The notes under the pieces were generated by a model that saw only the letters and a list, made by a program, of their open reading frames with translations, had not been told where the DNA came from and ran no database searches. A stretch of 64,000 nt of DNA from Eledone cirrhosa (Eukaryota). Shown here one piece after another: positions 42,411-56,418 of the stretch; the stretch's first letter is position 1; every line of letters begins with the position of its first letter. The stretch covers positions 10,044,001 through 10,108,000 of the forward strand of contig OZ024755.1 in assembly GCA_964016885.1 (NCBI GenBank). The letters are read 5' to 3'. Position numbers and translations under genes: made by a program.

Positions 42411-44690
42411 AATAATGACACCTGAAATGTTTGCTTACAGCATAGGAAAATATATGTGGAGGATTTAGAAAATGTACTGCTATGAAAGAAGTGACTTTTG
42501 GAATTATTAGAGGGAGCGAGGAAAAAAAAAGCAATGAATTTGATCAGGCATTTTTTTTTCTTCTAATTTCTTCACACACTTATAAAAAATAAAAAAATCT
42601 ACCAACTTAACATCAGAGTAGCTTCAGTTCATTTTGTTATTTTTTTTCTTTGGTTGACTCTTTGAAGTGAAAGATAATCCATTTTACTGAATTAACTAAA
42701 AATTAACTTCTTTTTTTGAGAAAAGTTTGTTTAAACATTTTTAAAATCTTGACTTGAACAGAGTCTCCATGTGAGTTGGGAGAGAACTTTTGTTGATGAT
42801 AACAGTTGAGATATTAAATTATATGAAACTGGTCAATTTGGTGGGGAAAGTAAAAAAAAAAAATTTTAAGTGGTCATTGTTTTTCAATAGAATAAAATAA
42901 CAAAACAAAACAAAAAAAAAAATAGTCCCTACATTTCCCCATATCCAGATTGAAATTTTTTTTCTGAAATTTTTAGCATCAATATTTCAAATGAGGAATC
43001 AAATATTTGCAGCTTCTTTCACCACATATTTTCGAGGGAGAGAAAAAAATGAACACATTTTTCTCAGAAATATTTGCAGATTTCTAATTGTTTTCAGTTT
43101 CTAATGCTGAATTAGTGTGAGGAGTTTCTCAAGAAAACTCTGTAGAATTCATGTCGCTAAAAAATGCCATAAATCAACAGCACATATTCCAAAAGACCTT
43201 CAACTCTTCTAGATTTTCTTTTTTTCTCCTAAATCTATCATAATCCTGTTGTGATTTCTTCTAAGCAATGTTTATTTATAATTTATGACTTGGCATACAA
43301 TATCGGGTGGTTTTCTGCTAGCATGTGTAGTGTGCGTATTGATATTATACGCAAATATATAGTTTTCTTTATTTGCCACAAGGGCGCGCACAAGAAAAGG
43401 GGACATTACAAAGACATTCATGTAGATATGATACATCAAATGAAATCGTAATTGACAATAGGCACAGGAATTGAACACAGTCTGTGTTACACTCTTCTGT
43501 AATCAGTAACGTATCCATGATACATTAAAAAAAAGATTATATTACATATAAACAGCATATATAATAAACTAAAATGTTATGAAAACGAAAAAGTAGAAAA
43601 TTAGTGTCCTAAATATAAACCTTATATAACGATGCAAATATATGAAGGTTTATATAAGCGATGTAATAAGTGTTATGATGTAACGGACGCTAACCGGAAG
43701 TGTTGACATTTGAAAATTTTAAAGAAGTGAATCTTAAAATAAGCAATACTTTATATATAAGACTTTATGTTTAGAAATTTAGTAAATGAATTACATAATA
43801 TTCATTCATTCATTATTTATTCAAAGTAACCCAGCTTATTTTATTAACGGGGTAAAAAATTATAAAACGGATGCTGTCCCACACTCCTCCCTTTATTATA
43901 TTATAGAAAAGGACAGTGGGAACTCCAATGCTCGTAGAACATCTTCCTTTTCATTCATTCATTTTGTATGTACATATATGTATATGTTTATTCGTTTATA
44001 TATATATATATAACAGAACCTTAAATCACCAAAAACCTGCCTAAATACAAAAACAGAAATTTTCACCAGTTGCCCACACATGAAATCACACTTGCTTTTC
44101 AGCTCATATAAACTTAACTCACTTTCAGATACTTATCCTCCATAAACTCTTGTTCTTCACTTTCCTTAAATTATCCTCTTTACAGACTTCTCTTTCTGAT
44201 TTACTTTCATTTTAAACTTTATTTTCATTTATATTTTTATTTTCACTTCACATCCACCAGTAACCCCCCCCCCTACTTTTTGATTCACTTACCTAATATC
44301 TTCACATTCCACATTTTACTTCACTACCTGATAACACATGTCACTTGCGTTTTCAACTCCAGATATATTCTGTTGTTTTGCAGCCGCTTTTATATTTGCA
44401 TTTCTTTTTTTCATATGGCTGGTTTATAATTTGTATCTATGTGTGTGAGTGTCAATATGTGTGAGCATGTGTGTTTTTATATCTATACGAGTGTGTGTAT
44501 GTAGGTGAATGTATGTGTATATATATATGTATGTATGTGTGTGTATGCATATGTGTATACATATAGTCGCGTACATACACACGTATGTACATTTGTGAGT
44601 GAATATATACACATACCCTAACTATATTTCCTTATTTTTTTTTGTCCGTTAAACTCATGCCTTTCTTGAGATTTTTCAAATATTTCACTT

Positions 44691-44764
44691 TTGCCTTGTC
44701 CGACGAACGAATGAGGACGTTTTTCGTATTCGTCTTATTCGGGAAACCTCTGGTAATGAGGTAA
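44691..44764 (+). ncRNA. Type I hammerhead ribozyme-like motif
   Basis: Stem I UUGCCUUGU/AUGAGGUAA (9 bp); core CCGACGA (U4 to C); stem II CGAAUGAGGACG/CGUCUUAUUCG; GAAA-CC-ucu-GG-UA. Confidence 0.75.
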
Positions 44765-44770
44765 TTATAC

Positions 44771-44820
<50 letters not shown>

Positions 44821-44902
44821 AAAGGTAAACAGAAATAACAACACAATCGGTACATTATATGGAAGGTATATATTAGGTTAACGCTTGATATAGCAGGGAG
44901 AG

Positions 44903-44940
44903 GGTCTGAACGTTTCGGACGCTAGTCCTTCATCAGAAGA
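44903..44940 (-). ncRNA. Minimal Penelope-type hammerhead motif
   Basis: CUGAUGA-A-GGAC-uagc-GUCC-GAAAC-GUU with palindromic stem III; decayed homolog at 48243-48320. Confidence 0.65.
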
Positions 44941-45194
44941 AAGAATGAGAAATAAAATAGATTGAGCGACCAGCAGACAGTATTAGCAGTGAACGGCAAT
45001 GGAAACAAATCTCTTTAGTCCAACCTGACAACCGTCTACTTTCCTTAGATTAAAAAAAATAAAGAAATAGTGCTTGTTGAAATTTCGTGGGAGATAATTC
45101 CTTTCGCCTAAATAACATGTCTGTGAAAGTCATCTCCCCTATTAATGTAAAATTTATATCTATATAAGTAATGTGTGTGTTGGCAGTGGTGAAT

Positions 45195-45650
<456 letters not shown>

Positions 45651-45959
45651 TTATAGCAGAGAAGGAAGGAGAGCCTCGGACAGAAACATGAACTTTCCTC
45701 TCTAAATATGTATGTAAAAACTAATAATTTTTCTTCTCCATTTTATTATTATTCGTATAAATATGCAATTTAACTGCACTTTGCACTTCCGTTGTTGAAA
45801 AAGCATATAATGCTGAAACCGGTACCACGATTAGATGCAGAAATATCCACTTTATAAATAAATGTTTTGATATACTGAAAAAATCCCTCCAGCATTTTCT
45901 ACTGTATTTTTTTCTACATTCCACACACACACAATTATGTAATAAACAACATAAGACAA

Positions 45960-46036
45960 TTATTCCATTTACCAAAGGTTTCACGAAGACAGAGGAGCTC
46001 AACAGAGATGTCTGAAATCGCTCATCGGAATGAAAT
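45960..46036 (-). ncRNA. Type I hammerhead ribozyme-like motif
   Basis: Stem I AUUUCAUU/AAUGGAAU (8 bp); core CCGAUGA; stem II base GCGA/UCGU; GAAA-CC-uuu-GG-UA. Confidence 0.72.
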
Positions 46037-46066
46037 ATATAATGTATAATAAACAATACGATATAA

Positions 46067-46140
46067 TTACCTCATTACCAGAGGTTTTCCGAATAAGACG
46101 AATACAAGAAATGTCCGCATTCGTTCGTCAGACAAGGCAA
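46067..46140 (-). ncRNA. Type I hammerhead ribozyme-like motif, inverted copy of 44691-44764
   Basis: Intact CUGACGA and the same stems I and III; irregular stem II/GAAA junction (AUUCG-GAAAA-CC). Confidence 0.75.
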
Positions 46141-46309
46141 TTTAAATTTATCTCTGTAACTTACATAGAGCACTCTTCACTCCTATGACTTTTTCAATTT
46201 TCAACGGAAACTTCAATACTTATATATAAGAACAGGGTGGAAATGTTGATAGATGTATTATTTCTCTTGTCTACAAAGTCTCTCTCTGTGTAGATTGTAG
46301 TTTGTTTAG

Positions 46310-46562
46310 AGTGTCGGATACAGTTGAAGATGTATCAAACATGGTTGAACCTATTGCTACATCAGACAACACAGGTGATATTGGCTCTCATACAAACAAT
46401 ATTGAAGATGTTTCAAACATGGCCGAGCCAGCTGCTATATCAGACAACATTGGTTCTGATACAAACAGTATTGAAACCTTTCAAACATGGCTCAGCCAGC
46501 TGCTATACGAGACAGCACCAGTAATACTGGACCTGATACAAACAATATTGAAAATGTTTCAT
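46310..46562 (+). repeat. Diverged 69-78 bp tandem repeat with coding-like character
   Basis: Recurrent ttgaagatgtttcaaacatgg...atcagacaaca...gatacaaacaata; translates to EDVSNMxEPxAxSDN repeats. Confidence 0.7.
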
Positions 46563-47256
46563 TGAAGAAAGACATTAGATTTCACTTTAAAGAAGGATGT
46601 TTAGAAACGCTCAACCTTTTCCACACTTTTTTTACTTTAATTTCCGTTCTTATATTTTCTGTTTGATTTCTTATCGTTCCCCTCTTTTCGTTCGTTTTTT
46701 TTTTTTTTTGTTATTTCTCTTTCATTCCTCGTTTTCCAGTCTTCCTTTTTTTCATTCTCGTTTTCTTTTAAAATTTTCCTTTTTTTCTACATTCTGTTTC
46801 ATTCTTCTCTCTTCAATTTCATTTTTTTCTATTTCCGCTCTCCCTTTCCGTCCCCCCTCTTTTAGTGAGTTTTTCTCTTTTCTTTTTCCTTCCTCTGTTT
46901 TCATTTCTCTATTTTTGTTCCTTCTCTTCAGTTCCTATTTTTCTTCTATCTATTTCCGACCTTTCCCCCATTCCTTTTCTAGTTTCTTTCCTTATTTTTT
47001 TACCATCGTTATTTTCATTTTCATTTCTTAATTCCTTATTTCCGCAATTGTCTTGTTTCTCTATTTCTATTATTTTAATTTGACGTGGTTTTTGTTGTGA
47101 TCTGTGGAGATAGGGTACATACCATCATTTGCCAAAATGTAGCGGAAGGGCGGCATTTTTTGTCCTATCCAAACCAGCTGTATTTTACTCCAACTCCCTG
47201 TCGGATAAGTGTGTGTATCAACGAGTGTGATTCTGAATGTATGTGTGTGATTATCT

Positions 47257-47307
<51 letters not shown>

Positions 47308-47492
47308 CGTATGATTCTCTCTCTACACACATATATATGTATATATGCGTATGATTCTATATATGTATATACATATATATAATATACGCATGCGCGTACA
47401 CACACATATATATATATATATGTATGTATGTATATATACACATGTTATATACAAATACATTCAGAATCATACTCGTAGACACACACACACAT

Positions 47493-47529
<37 letters not shown>

Positions 47530-48130
47530 ATTACACTTAATCTGAGACAGAAGTAGGAAGGAACCAACCAAAAAAAAAAAAAGCTGGCCTGAACAACAAG
47601 GCGGGAGCAGTTGTTATCCGGTATTTTGGGTGGCTTTTTAGTGCGCATTAGGTTTCACTTTTCAAATTAAAAGTGATGAGCGGATGGTAGGTGAAACGGG
47701 TGATGGCCTATTTATAATATAGTAGGGGTGGAGGGCAAAGGGTGATGGTCTATTTCAGGTAGGGTGGGGAGAATTAGAAAAGGCACACGGACAGTTTTAT
47801 TGTCTATAACACTGAAATAGGTGGCGGGGTTGCATTGTGGTAGTGCTGGGTTCTAGATTTGAGACGAAAATGGCTGGCATGTGTTTAGAAGTCTAAAATA
47901 TATATAAACACACACAAACACGTACGTACTTACGTACGTGCGTGTATATAAACACACACACGGTATTGAGTAATATATATATATATATATATATTTGCTA
48001 TCCTTGCTTTCATATTTCTCCTTGCTTCCCTTTTCTCATTGTATTTGTATATAAACAGGTACATAGATACAAGGAGAAATGGAGAGCACGGAGAAAGAGG
48101 AGCAATATTTCTATATCCCCGCGCATATGT

Positions 48131-48165
<35 letters not shown>

Positions 48166-48806
48166 CGTATATATGCAAAAAAGCAATGAGGAAAACAATA
48201 CAGGAGAACAATACAATACAATGATGGTGTATATATATATTAGTTTAACGCTTGATATAGTAGGAATATTGTCTTAACGTTTTGGTCGATAGTCCATCAA
48301 AAGATGGAGTATAGAATGAGATATAGAAGAAATAGAAAGATCGACGAGTGTTAAAAGAGGAAAAAAGTTTTGTTTTGTTACAGGAGGAAAGCGCGCGCGT
48401 GCGTGTGTGTGTGTCTTAATACGTGTTATCATGTTATGTATGATGTTACCGATTCTGTTGTCTTCTGTTGACGTTTTTTTCTTTTCTCTGCCGAAATAAC
48501 AGGAAGATACCAAACAAAAGTCGACCTTATTATTACTATTATTAGTATGTTTATTTTTATTATTATTCTATCACTTTTTTTTGACATCCTAAAGGTCAAC
48601 GTGAATGTCAAAAATATTCAGAGACGAGGCAGAGACGCTACTTATAAGAGAAACACAAACAATTTGTTGCTACATTAAAATGGTGGACCATCTATTTTCA
48701 TATATGTACTAATTGCATTTTCTAGTCACATTCCATGCATATTTCTCCGTCTCGTGTCTCTCTCACACACACATATACTGTATATATACATACATATATA
48801 TGTATG

Positions 48807-49120
48807 TGAAGGCGTGTGGTTTTGTGGTGAGGGTATTAGGCTGACAATCGTAAGGTTGTGAGTTCGATTCCTGGCATTGCGTTGTGTCCTTGAGCAAGAC
48901 ACTTTATTTCACATTGCTCCAGTCCACTCAGCTGGCAAAAATAAGTTGTGCCTGTAGTTCGAATGGCCAGCCTTATCACATCCTGTGTCACACTGAATCT
49001 TCCTGATAACTACACGTGTCTGTGGAATGCTTAGCCACTTGCACGTTAATTTCACGAGCAGGCTGTTGCGTTGATCGGATCAACTGGAACACTCGTCATC
49101 GTAACTGACGGAGTGCCCGT
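48807..49120 (+). mobile_element. Near full-length tRNA-derived CORE-SINE
   Basis: A-box-like tggttttgtggt, B-box gagttcgattcc, CORE gtgtccttgagcaagacacttt. Confidence 0.82.
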
Positions 49121-49129
49121 TCGTTCATG

Positions 49130-49160
<31 letters not shown>

Positions 49161-49364
49161 CTTGGGGGTTTATGTGTATAAACTATAACCGTCACTCACA
49201 ATCGAATATGACATGGTAGTATGTACTATACTTTCGGTAAAGGTTTTAGGTGCCTATGCAGTGGTGACCAGACAAAGACACTCACTCGACACTGTTTCTC
49301 TTGGTACAGCGGAATATCCAGGATACGATAGCTTGAAGGAGAGAGGGATGCACCGGCAAGAGTA

Positions 49365-49697
49365 GGCTCGTACTTTCTTTATCGACACACGAAAGGGTGA
49401 AACGCAAAGTCGATCTTGGTAGGATTTGGATTCAGAACAAAGAGGCCCAAAACAAATATGTTTCAGGTCATAACACAAGACCCTCTCCACCGCTTTGGAT
49501 ATTTCCACAACGCTACCATGCAGCAAAGATATTTAGCGATTTATTTATTAATCGCAGGGCCCCGCCGAGGTTAACTTTGCCTTTCATCCTTACGGGGTCG
49601 ATAAAATAAAGCACCAGTAATGTACTGGGGTCGATTTAACCGACTTCCCCCTCCCCCAAATTACTGGCCTTGTGCCTATATAAGAAATCATTATTAT
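49365..49697. mobile_element. Two Deu/Nin SINEs: a diverged minus copy (49365-49495) and a plus copy (49560-49697)
   Basis: Core gcctttcatccttacggggtcgataaaataa and its decayed reverse complement. Confidence 0.8.
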
Positions 49698-49959
49698 ATA
49701 TTTAATTTAATTATACAAATTTGTATAAAATTGTGATCCTTTAAGGTTCAGTAATGCTCATCTCTGATGTCTGCGCCCCAGACTGCTGCCTAGTTAATCT
49801 TTATAGTAGCGCCGGCCCTCCGTCTACACATCACCTGAAAGCCATCTTGTCTACATTTTTTTCATTCCTGTCTCATGTGACCTTTTCTCCGATCAACTCC
49901 ACTTCCTGTTTCCGCCTTTTGTGTTTATTTTTTTCTCTTTCACCGAAATCATATAGACA

Positions 49960-50560
49960 TCTGGTTGGTAGTACCACAGTGTTGTTAATACTACGTTATA
50001 GGTACCATAGTGTTGGTAATAGTACATTATAGATACCACAGTGTTGGTAATAGTACATTATAAGTAACCACTAGGTTGGTGGTACCATAGTGTTAGTAAT
50101 ACTACGTTATAAGTAATCACTAGGTTAGTGGTAGCACAGTGTTGGTAATACTACGTTATAGATCCAACATTCGGTAATACTACGTTATAAGTAATCTCTA
50201 GGTTGGTAGTACCATAGTGTTGGTAATACTACGTTATAGATACCACAGTGTTGGTAATACTACGTTATAGACCACCACTGGGTTGGTAGTACCACAATGG
50301 TGTTAATACTACGTTATACATCACCACTGGGTTGGTAGTACCACAATGGTGTTAATACTACGTTATACATCACCACTAGGTTGGTAGTACCACAATGGTG
50401 TTAATACTACGTTATACATCACCACTAGGTTGGTAGTACCACAATGGTGTTAATACTACGTTATACATCACCACTAGGTTGGTAGTACCACAATGGTGTT
50501 AATACTACGTTATACATCACCACTAGGTTGGTAGTACCATAGTGATGTTAATACTATGAT
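49960..50560. repeat. 49-bp minisatellite, homogeneous at 50272-50560 with shorter diverged units upstream
   Basis: Unit caccactaggttggtagtaccacaatggtgttaatactacgttatacat. Confidence 0.95.
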
Positions 50561-50934
50561 ATATGTACGACAGAACAAGAGCAACTGGTCTACATCATTG
50601 GGTACAAACGAATTCGCAGGTTTTTTTCATCAGAGTGACCTTCTCCTAGAAAGATGTCAACGAAAACTAAGTGTCGTTCACCACCCCAGTGTCTCTTACC
50701 TCACCCCCCCCAGAAAAATGTTATAAAGTTAAAAAGCTAAATGAAAAATAAAAAGGTTGAAAAGATTAAAATGTATTTATAAATATATATACACATAAAA
50801 TATATAAAAAGTATACACATATGTACATACTTTAATGGATGGCGTTGACTCTCCTGAGTTCCTCCGCCCTTTGATGGGTTTTGTTTATCATCTCACAGGG
50901 TCTCCAAAACCAGGCTCCTCATCTAGCAGGCTTA

Positions 50935-51020
50935 GTAGGGTTTAGTCGCCGACGTCCCGACCATGCAACAGGTTGCATTGGGTTATATGTTATCAGTAGC
51001 GCTCGAGAGCGACCTGACAT
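50935..51020 (-). mobile_element. Diverged 5' head related to the bipartite RTE-derived element
   Basis: Minus strand tgtcaggtc...gctactg..aacctg..atggtcggg..ggcgactaaac aligns with 9440-9520. Confidence 0.7.
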
Positions 51021-51185
51021 AGCATACATACATACATATATATACACATACAAACATTCTTTCATACATACATATATGCATACATATATACACACATATA
51101 TACATACGTACGTATATATATGTATGCCTGCATACATACACACGCACACGCATATTTGATATACATACGCATCAAACATTATGTT

Positions 51186-51238
<53 letters not shown>

Positions 51239-51502
51239 ATATGAAGGCATGCATTTTTTCTGAAGACGGCGGGTAGTGAAGACTTATGTATTTTTTTCTT
51301 ACTATGATATTTTGTAATATGTTTTACATAGATCAATAATTGAATGAACATACAGGGAACTACCCCCCAGAAACGATCGTAAAATAATGAGTTTTACTAT
51401 GAATTAACAGTTTTGTGTTTAATTTCATTGTTTTAATATTTCTCTCTCTCTCTCTCTATATACATACATACATATATAACAGCTTGAGCTCTGCCGTCGG
51501 CG

Positions 51503-51553
<51 letters not shown>

Positions 51554-52020
51554 TATACACAGGACTGTTCCAGTTATACACTTAGTTTCATGGCTTACTC
51601 ACTCTTCCCTCCCCCTCTCTCTGTTTCTATGTTTGCTGTCCAATATATCTTCCTACCTCTCCGCCTGTCACTCTACAACTGCCCCCTCCTCAGTTGGTCA
51701 TCCACACCTAAACAGGACACCATTTTATCCGCACTAACAGCAGCCGTCGTCGTTATATATATATATAAATATACACGGGTGTGTGTGTATATATATATAA
51801 CGATTTAATATACCTAGCATATATATATGCTCTCTCTCTCTTTCTCTATATATATATAATAAATAAATCAACTAATACCTTAACACTTCACACAAAGTAA
51901 AATATTTCGTTTTAATCATTTTCTAACCCAGAAAAAAGAGAAAGAAAGAAAAAGGGAAAAAAAAATATTTTTCTTCTTAATAATCGTCTTTTTCTCCCTG
52001 TTTTCATATATATATATATA

Positions 52021-52600
52021 TGGTGGCTGCCAACTCGTTTTCGAGTAAGGCCACTACTTTATATCCATGTAGGAGAACCCCTACCTATGCGCTCAACGAA
52101 TGTGACTTTTTAGTCCAGCCAGCGACTTGAAAACTCTGGTACAAACACTACACTTGTGACAGTTATTGGCCCATGGTACCATGTGACGACAAGTGCAGAG
52201 AGATCTCCAGATATAAAGCAATGCCTGTGCCGCGAAGCTTTTATAGTGAGCAAAGGCACTGCACAAAGCCAGTCCCACTCTCTTAACCAAGATGATATTT
52301 ACCAAAAAGAACAAGTCAACATCATTGGATACCATCAGGGTTGCAGGTGTTATATCAGAGTTTTCCTTCTCCTAGAATTCTGCCTTGACAAAGGCTAAGA
52401 GGTCATCTCTCCCGGTGATTTTGGATGGCCATTGACTCTTAAGAGCTCCTTTGCCCTTTGACAGGTTATGTTTTTAGTCCTGCAGGATGTCCAAAGTCAC
52501 CCTCCTCACCAAGAAACCTTGGTGGGGTTGCCAGTTTAGTCGTCAACGACCCGACCATGAGAGAGGTTCGACTGGGATACATGTTACCAGTCGCACCAAC
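52021..52600 (-). mobile_element. Nearly full-length copy of the bipartite RTE-derived element, flanked by (TA)n on both sides
   Basis: Colinear close match to 8911-9508. Confidence 0.9.
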
Positions 52601-52631
<31 letters not shown>

Positions 52632-52835
52632 TCACACGCAAATATAATTTAAATGTTATATATACATATTCATTGTCCACCCATCCGCTTAGCAATGACT
52701 TCGTCTTGTTTACTAAACGTCGATTAATTCTGGTTGGTTCACTGAATTGATTGTAGAGGACTCTCTAACACCCTTACTCTAGTTCCGGCTTCTAACAACA
52801 CTGTTACATAAATGTTATACATACATATATATATA

Positions 52836-53035
52836 TGATGGCTGCAAACACGTGATCGAGCATTGTCATCGCCCGATAAAATCCTAAAAAATGTGAGGCA
52901 CGAATGTGACTCTTTAAACCAGCCAAAGACTTGCACCCTCTGGCACATACATGGTAACTGTAGGCTCTTCTGGGACTTTCCATTGCTTTGTTCTTGCTGT
53001 GTGTTCTCATGTGTCTTTTAAGACTTCCCATGCTA
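52836..53035 (-). mobile_element. 3' end of a related RTE element with two C2H2 remnants
   Basis: GSLKRHMRTH...[18 protein letters not shown]; ends gcagccatc(AT)n. Confidence 0.65.
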
Positions 53036-53061
53036 ACACATATATACACACATACATGCGT

Positions 53062-53264
53062 ACATACATAATTGTTTCTACTTTAGGCACAAGGCCAGCA
53101 ATTACCCAGTACATTACTGGTACTTTATTTTATCGACCCCGTAAGGATGAAAGGCAAAGTTAACCTCGGCGGGATTTGAACTCAGAATAGCAAGGGCCGT
53201 AACTCTGCGTCAAAGCATGGCGTCCGACCCTCTACCGATACTGCCAATTCACCACATACATAAT
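53062..53264 (-). mobile_element. Deu/Nin tRNA-SINE with an 11-bp TSD
   Basis: TSD acatacataat at 53062-53072 and 53254-53264. Confidence 0.9.
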
Positions 53265-53789
53265 GACTGCATATCAGTTTCAAGAATTACCATCCCTTGA
53301 TCTTTTTCTCATACTTGGGTGGCTCAAACATGAGTTTTTAGCACTGCCAAGGACTTAGATTCCTATTTGTATATGCTGCAGCGACAGAAAAATTAAAATG
53401 CCATGCTCCCACAACGCACGTGAAAGGGATGCCTGTGTTTGAAGCTTTTTTTAAATGAAGGCCTTGCACTGGACCCATCTCACTCTCTGAACAACGGTGA
53501 AAGTTATCCAAAAAGAACAAGTCAACATTATTGGCTGCCATCTAGTCATGTTTTACATCAGAGTTTTCCTTCTCAAAGAATGATGACCTTACAAGAACTA
53601 GGAGTCTCTCACTCCCGGTGAGCTACCCGCACGCTCGGCTACCAAACCGACTATTTCCATGTCTCCCGCACATACATGCATGCATACATAAATACATACA
53701 TGCATGCATACCTAAATAAATAAATACATACATAAATACATGATGGCTGCCCCCTCGTTAAATACATACATACACAAATACATAAATAA

Positions 53790-53820
<31 letters not shown>

Positions 53821-54049
53821 CATGCATGCATGATGGTTGCATCTCGATTTTGGGAATTGCCATCACTTGAAGCATCACACACACATGGCTAAACGCCATG
53901 TTCATGTAACTCAAACTAAAATAATCCTTCTTCATTATAAGACGTGTACATCACCCAACAATCAACAACATGTATTTGATGGGTACATATACCTATTTGC
54001 TCTTAGTATTATCCTGAAAAGGGCATACTAATTTGCATATAATTAGTAG

Positions 54050-54470
54050 ATGAAATCGACCCCAGTAAATTATTGGTATTTTATTTTATGGACCCCTTTA
54101 TTAAACTATAAAACAACAATTAATGATTTTTAATTATGGCTTAAGGTAAGCAATTCGGGGAAAGGGGTAAGTTGATCAAATCGACCCCAGTACGTGACTG
54201 GTACTTTATTTTATGGACCCCTTTATTAAACTATAAAACAACAATTAATGATTTTTAATTATGGCTTAAGGTAAGCAATTCGGGGAAAGGGGTAAGTTGA
54301 TCAAATCGACCCCAGTACGTGACTGGTACTTTATATTACCGAGGAAGGGTAAGATGAAAGTTAAAGCTGACATCGTTAGGGGTTGAACTCAGAAAGCAAT
54401 GAGCCGGAACAAATACTCCAAATCGTATTGTTCGCCGCACCGCTTTAACGATTCTGGCAATCCTTCTCCC
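54050..54470 (-). mobile_element. Old Deu/Nin SINE carrying an internal ~126-bp tandem duplication
   Basis: tttattttatggacccctttattaaactataaaac...gatcaaatcgaccccagtacgtgactggtac occurs twice. Confidence 0.75.
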
Positions 54471-55048
54471 TTAAACAACGACGACGACAAATAATAACGT
54501 TACTGGCTCCATAAATAGTTTATAAATCCGTAATATTATAGTTTGTTCTGTTTGGACCATAAATCTTTACTCCATCAGCCTAACATAACAAGCTCCGAGA
54601 GTAGTGAAACTAACATGATAATAGGCCTCCTCTCAGCCACTGCAAGTTCATATCACCACCACCAACGCTGTGAAATAAATGTCAGAAGCCATTTAGCACT
54701 AGAAAGAAGCTATGCAATTTATGGTATATGCCAAGCTAACTTCAGCTCCTCACAGCTCTTTCACTCAATCTTTCTCTCTATCTCTATCTTTCTTTCTCTC
54801 TTACTTCCCCCTCTCTCCGCTTCTCTCTCTCCTGTACTTAACACCGTCTAACCATTTACAAAACACGTTTACAAACACCCTCTCACTATCACCCCTACTC
54901 CTACACACTACTTAACTATATTAGCCTTATATATCTCCCTCTCTTCGCTTCTATTGCTCTCCCTTACTCCCGCTCTCTTTCCCTTTCTCCCGTTTCCCTA
55001 TTTCTAACACTTTTGAAAATAATTAAGAATTTGGAGGGATTGTATCCC

Positions 55049-55262
55049 ATTATTAAACTGGTATTGGCTTGGCAGTATCGGTAGAGGGTCGGACGCCATG
55101 CTTTCCAGCATAGTTACGTCCCTTTGCGGTCTGAGTTCAAATCCCACCGAGGTTAACTTTGCCTTTCATCCTTACGGGGTCGATAAAATAAAGTACCAGT
55201 AATGCACTGGATAATTGATGGCCTTGTGCCAAAAGTAGAAACAATTATTAAACTGGTATTGG
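55049..55262 (+). mobile_element. Deu/Nin tRNA-SINE with a 19-bp TSD
   Basis: TSD attattaaactggtattgg at 55049-55067 and 55244-55262. Confidence 0.92.
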
Positions 55263-55544
55263 GACCATAACCTAACGAAGGTTCTTACATAAAATTATGA
55301 TAGGAGGTTTTTAGATGAATATAAATATAAACACTAAACTAAACAGCTTGGTGTCGTAGAATCAGAGACGGTTTCAGGCTGTTTGGTATTAAAAGGGTTA
55401 AAACAACATCAGCATTATTATATCAATTAACACTAAATTCCCTTTTTAAATGCCCAGCATAACTCCAACAGATGCTGTAGTTTTGGTTCTACCATACAAA
55501 ACTGTTCGTTTTAAAGCGTTTATATTTATCTAGAATCTTCCATC

Positions 55545-55725
55545 ATGATTTTCTGATTTAGACACAAGGCCAACAATTTTGATGGAGAGGACAGTCGATT
55601 AAATTGACCCCAGTACATTACTGGTACTTTATTTTATCTGCCCGGCAAAGCTAACCTCGGCGGGATTTGAACTCAGAACGTAAAAGGATGTAACTATGCC
55701 ACGTAACATGCATGGCGTCCGATTT
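55545..55725 (-). mobile_element. Diverged Deu/Nin SINE
   Basis: ctggtactttattttatc...ctcggcgggatttgaactcag. Confidence 0.8.
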
Positions 55726-56224
55726 TCTGTAAGAATATTTGTTGTTCCCCACACAAGAGAAAGTTAGTTATACTACTAACCCCTCCTCTCCTCCAAATTC
55801 CGTATTATTTTAAAAGTGATTTGAAACTCAGAAAACCGTGCCTATCATTACACATATGGAAATGAAAGGGTTAAGAGGCCCAAAGTATGTAACTGTCAGA
55901 TGAGTGACTAATTATATACAAAGTCCAAGTGTTGATATATCAAAAGACATTTTTAGTAACAATTGTCAACCGAACAGTTCACCAAAATGAACTGCTACCT
56001 GATTCATATGTCATCTATGTCACGTATCAATCACTTCCCGGAACACCAGTAAAACCTTCAAAAGATTTTAAAATGTAGTTACCGTTGTTATTGTGACTAA
56101 TTCGTTTAAGGAAGGTCACTTTGTTCACGTGACCAATCCTTTTAAGGAAGGTCGATTTCAAAACCAAAGTACAATGTCAAAGTGTCGGCTGTTATCTGTT
56201 CGGTTTATCGTCGAATCTATAGAG

Positions 56225-56418
56225 CAGACCTGTCAACTCTCCCCGTCGAGGTGGAGATCTCCCACCCACTGTGGGATGGGTGAGAGATATCTTCTCTTGT
56301 GAAAATGGGTATAGCTTTTATTATGTAAAATCTCCCCATTTTGCTTCATTTCTACCCGTTTCGGGGCACTTTTTTTCATGGTACTCCCCATTTAGGTTTT
56401 TAGAGATTGGCAGGTCTG
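56225..56418. mobile_element. Small MITE with hAT-like TIRs
   Basis: cagacctgtcaa ... ttggcaggtctg, with similar tataga flanks on both sides. Confidence 0.6.

Noticed and set aside
49960-50560. CRISPR-like appearance of the 49-bp array (also the 41-bp array at 63373 and the 50-bp array at 61952)
   Set aside because: Plain tandem minisatellites without variable spacers.
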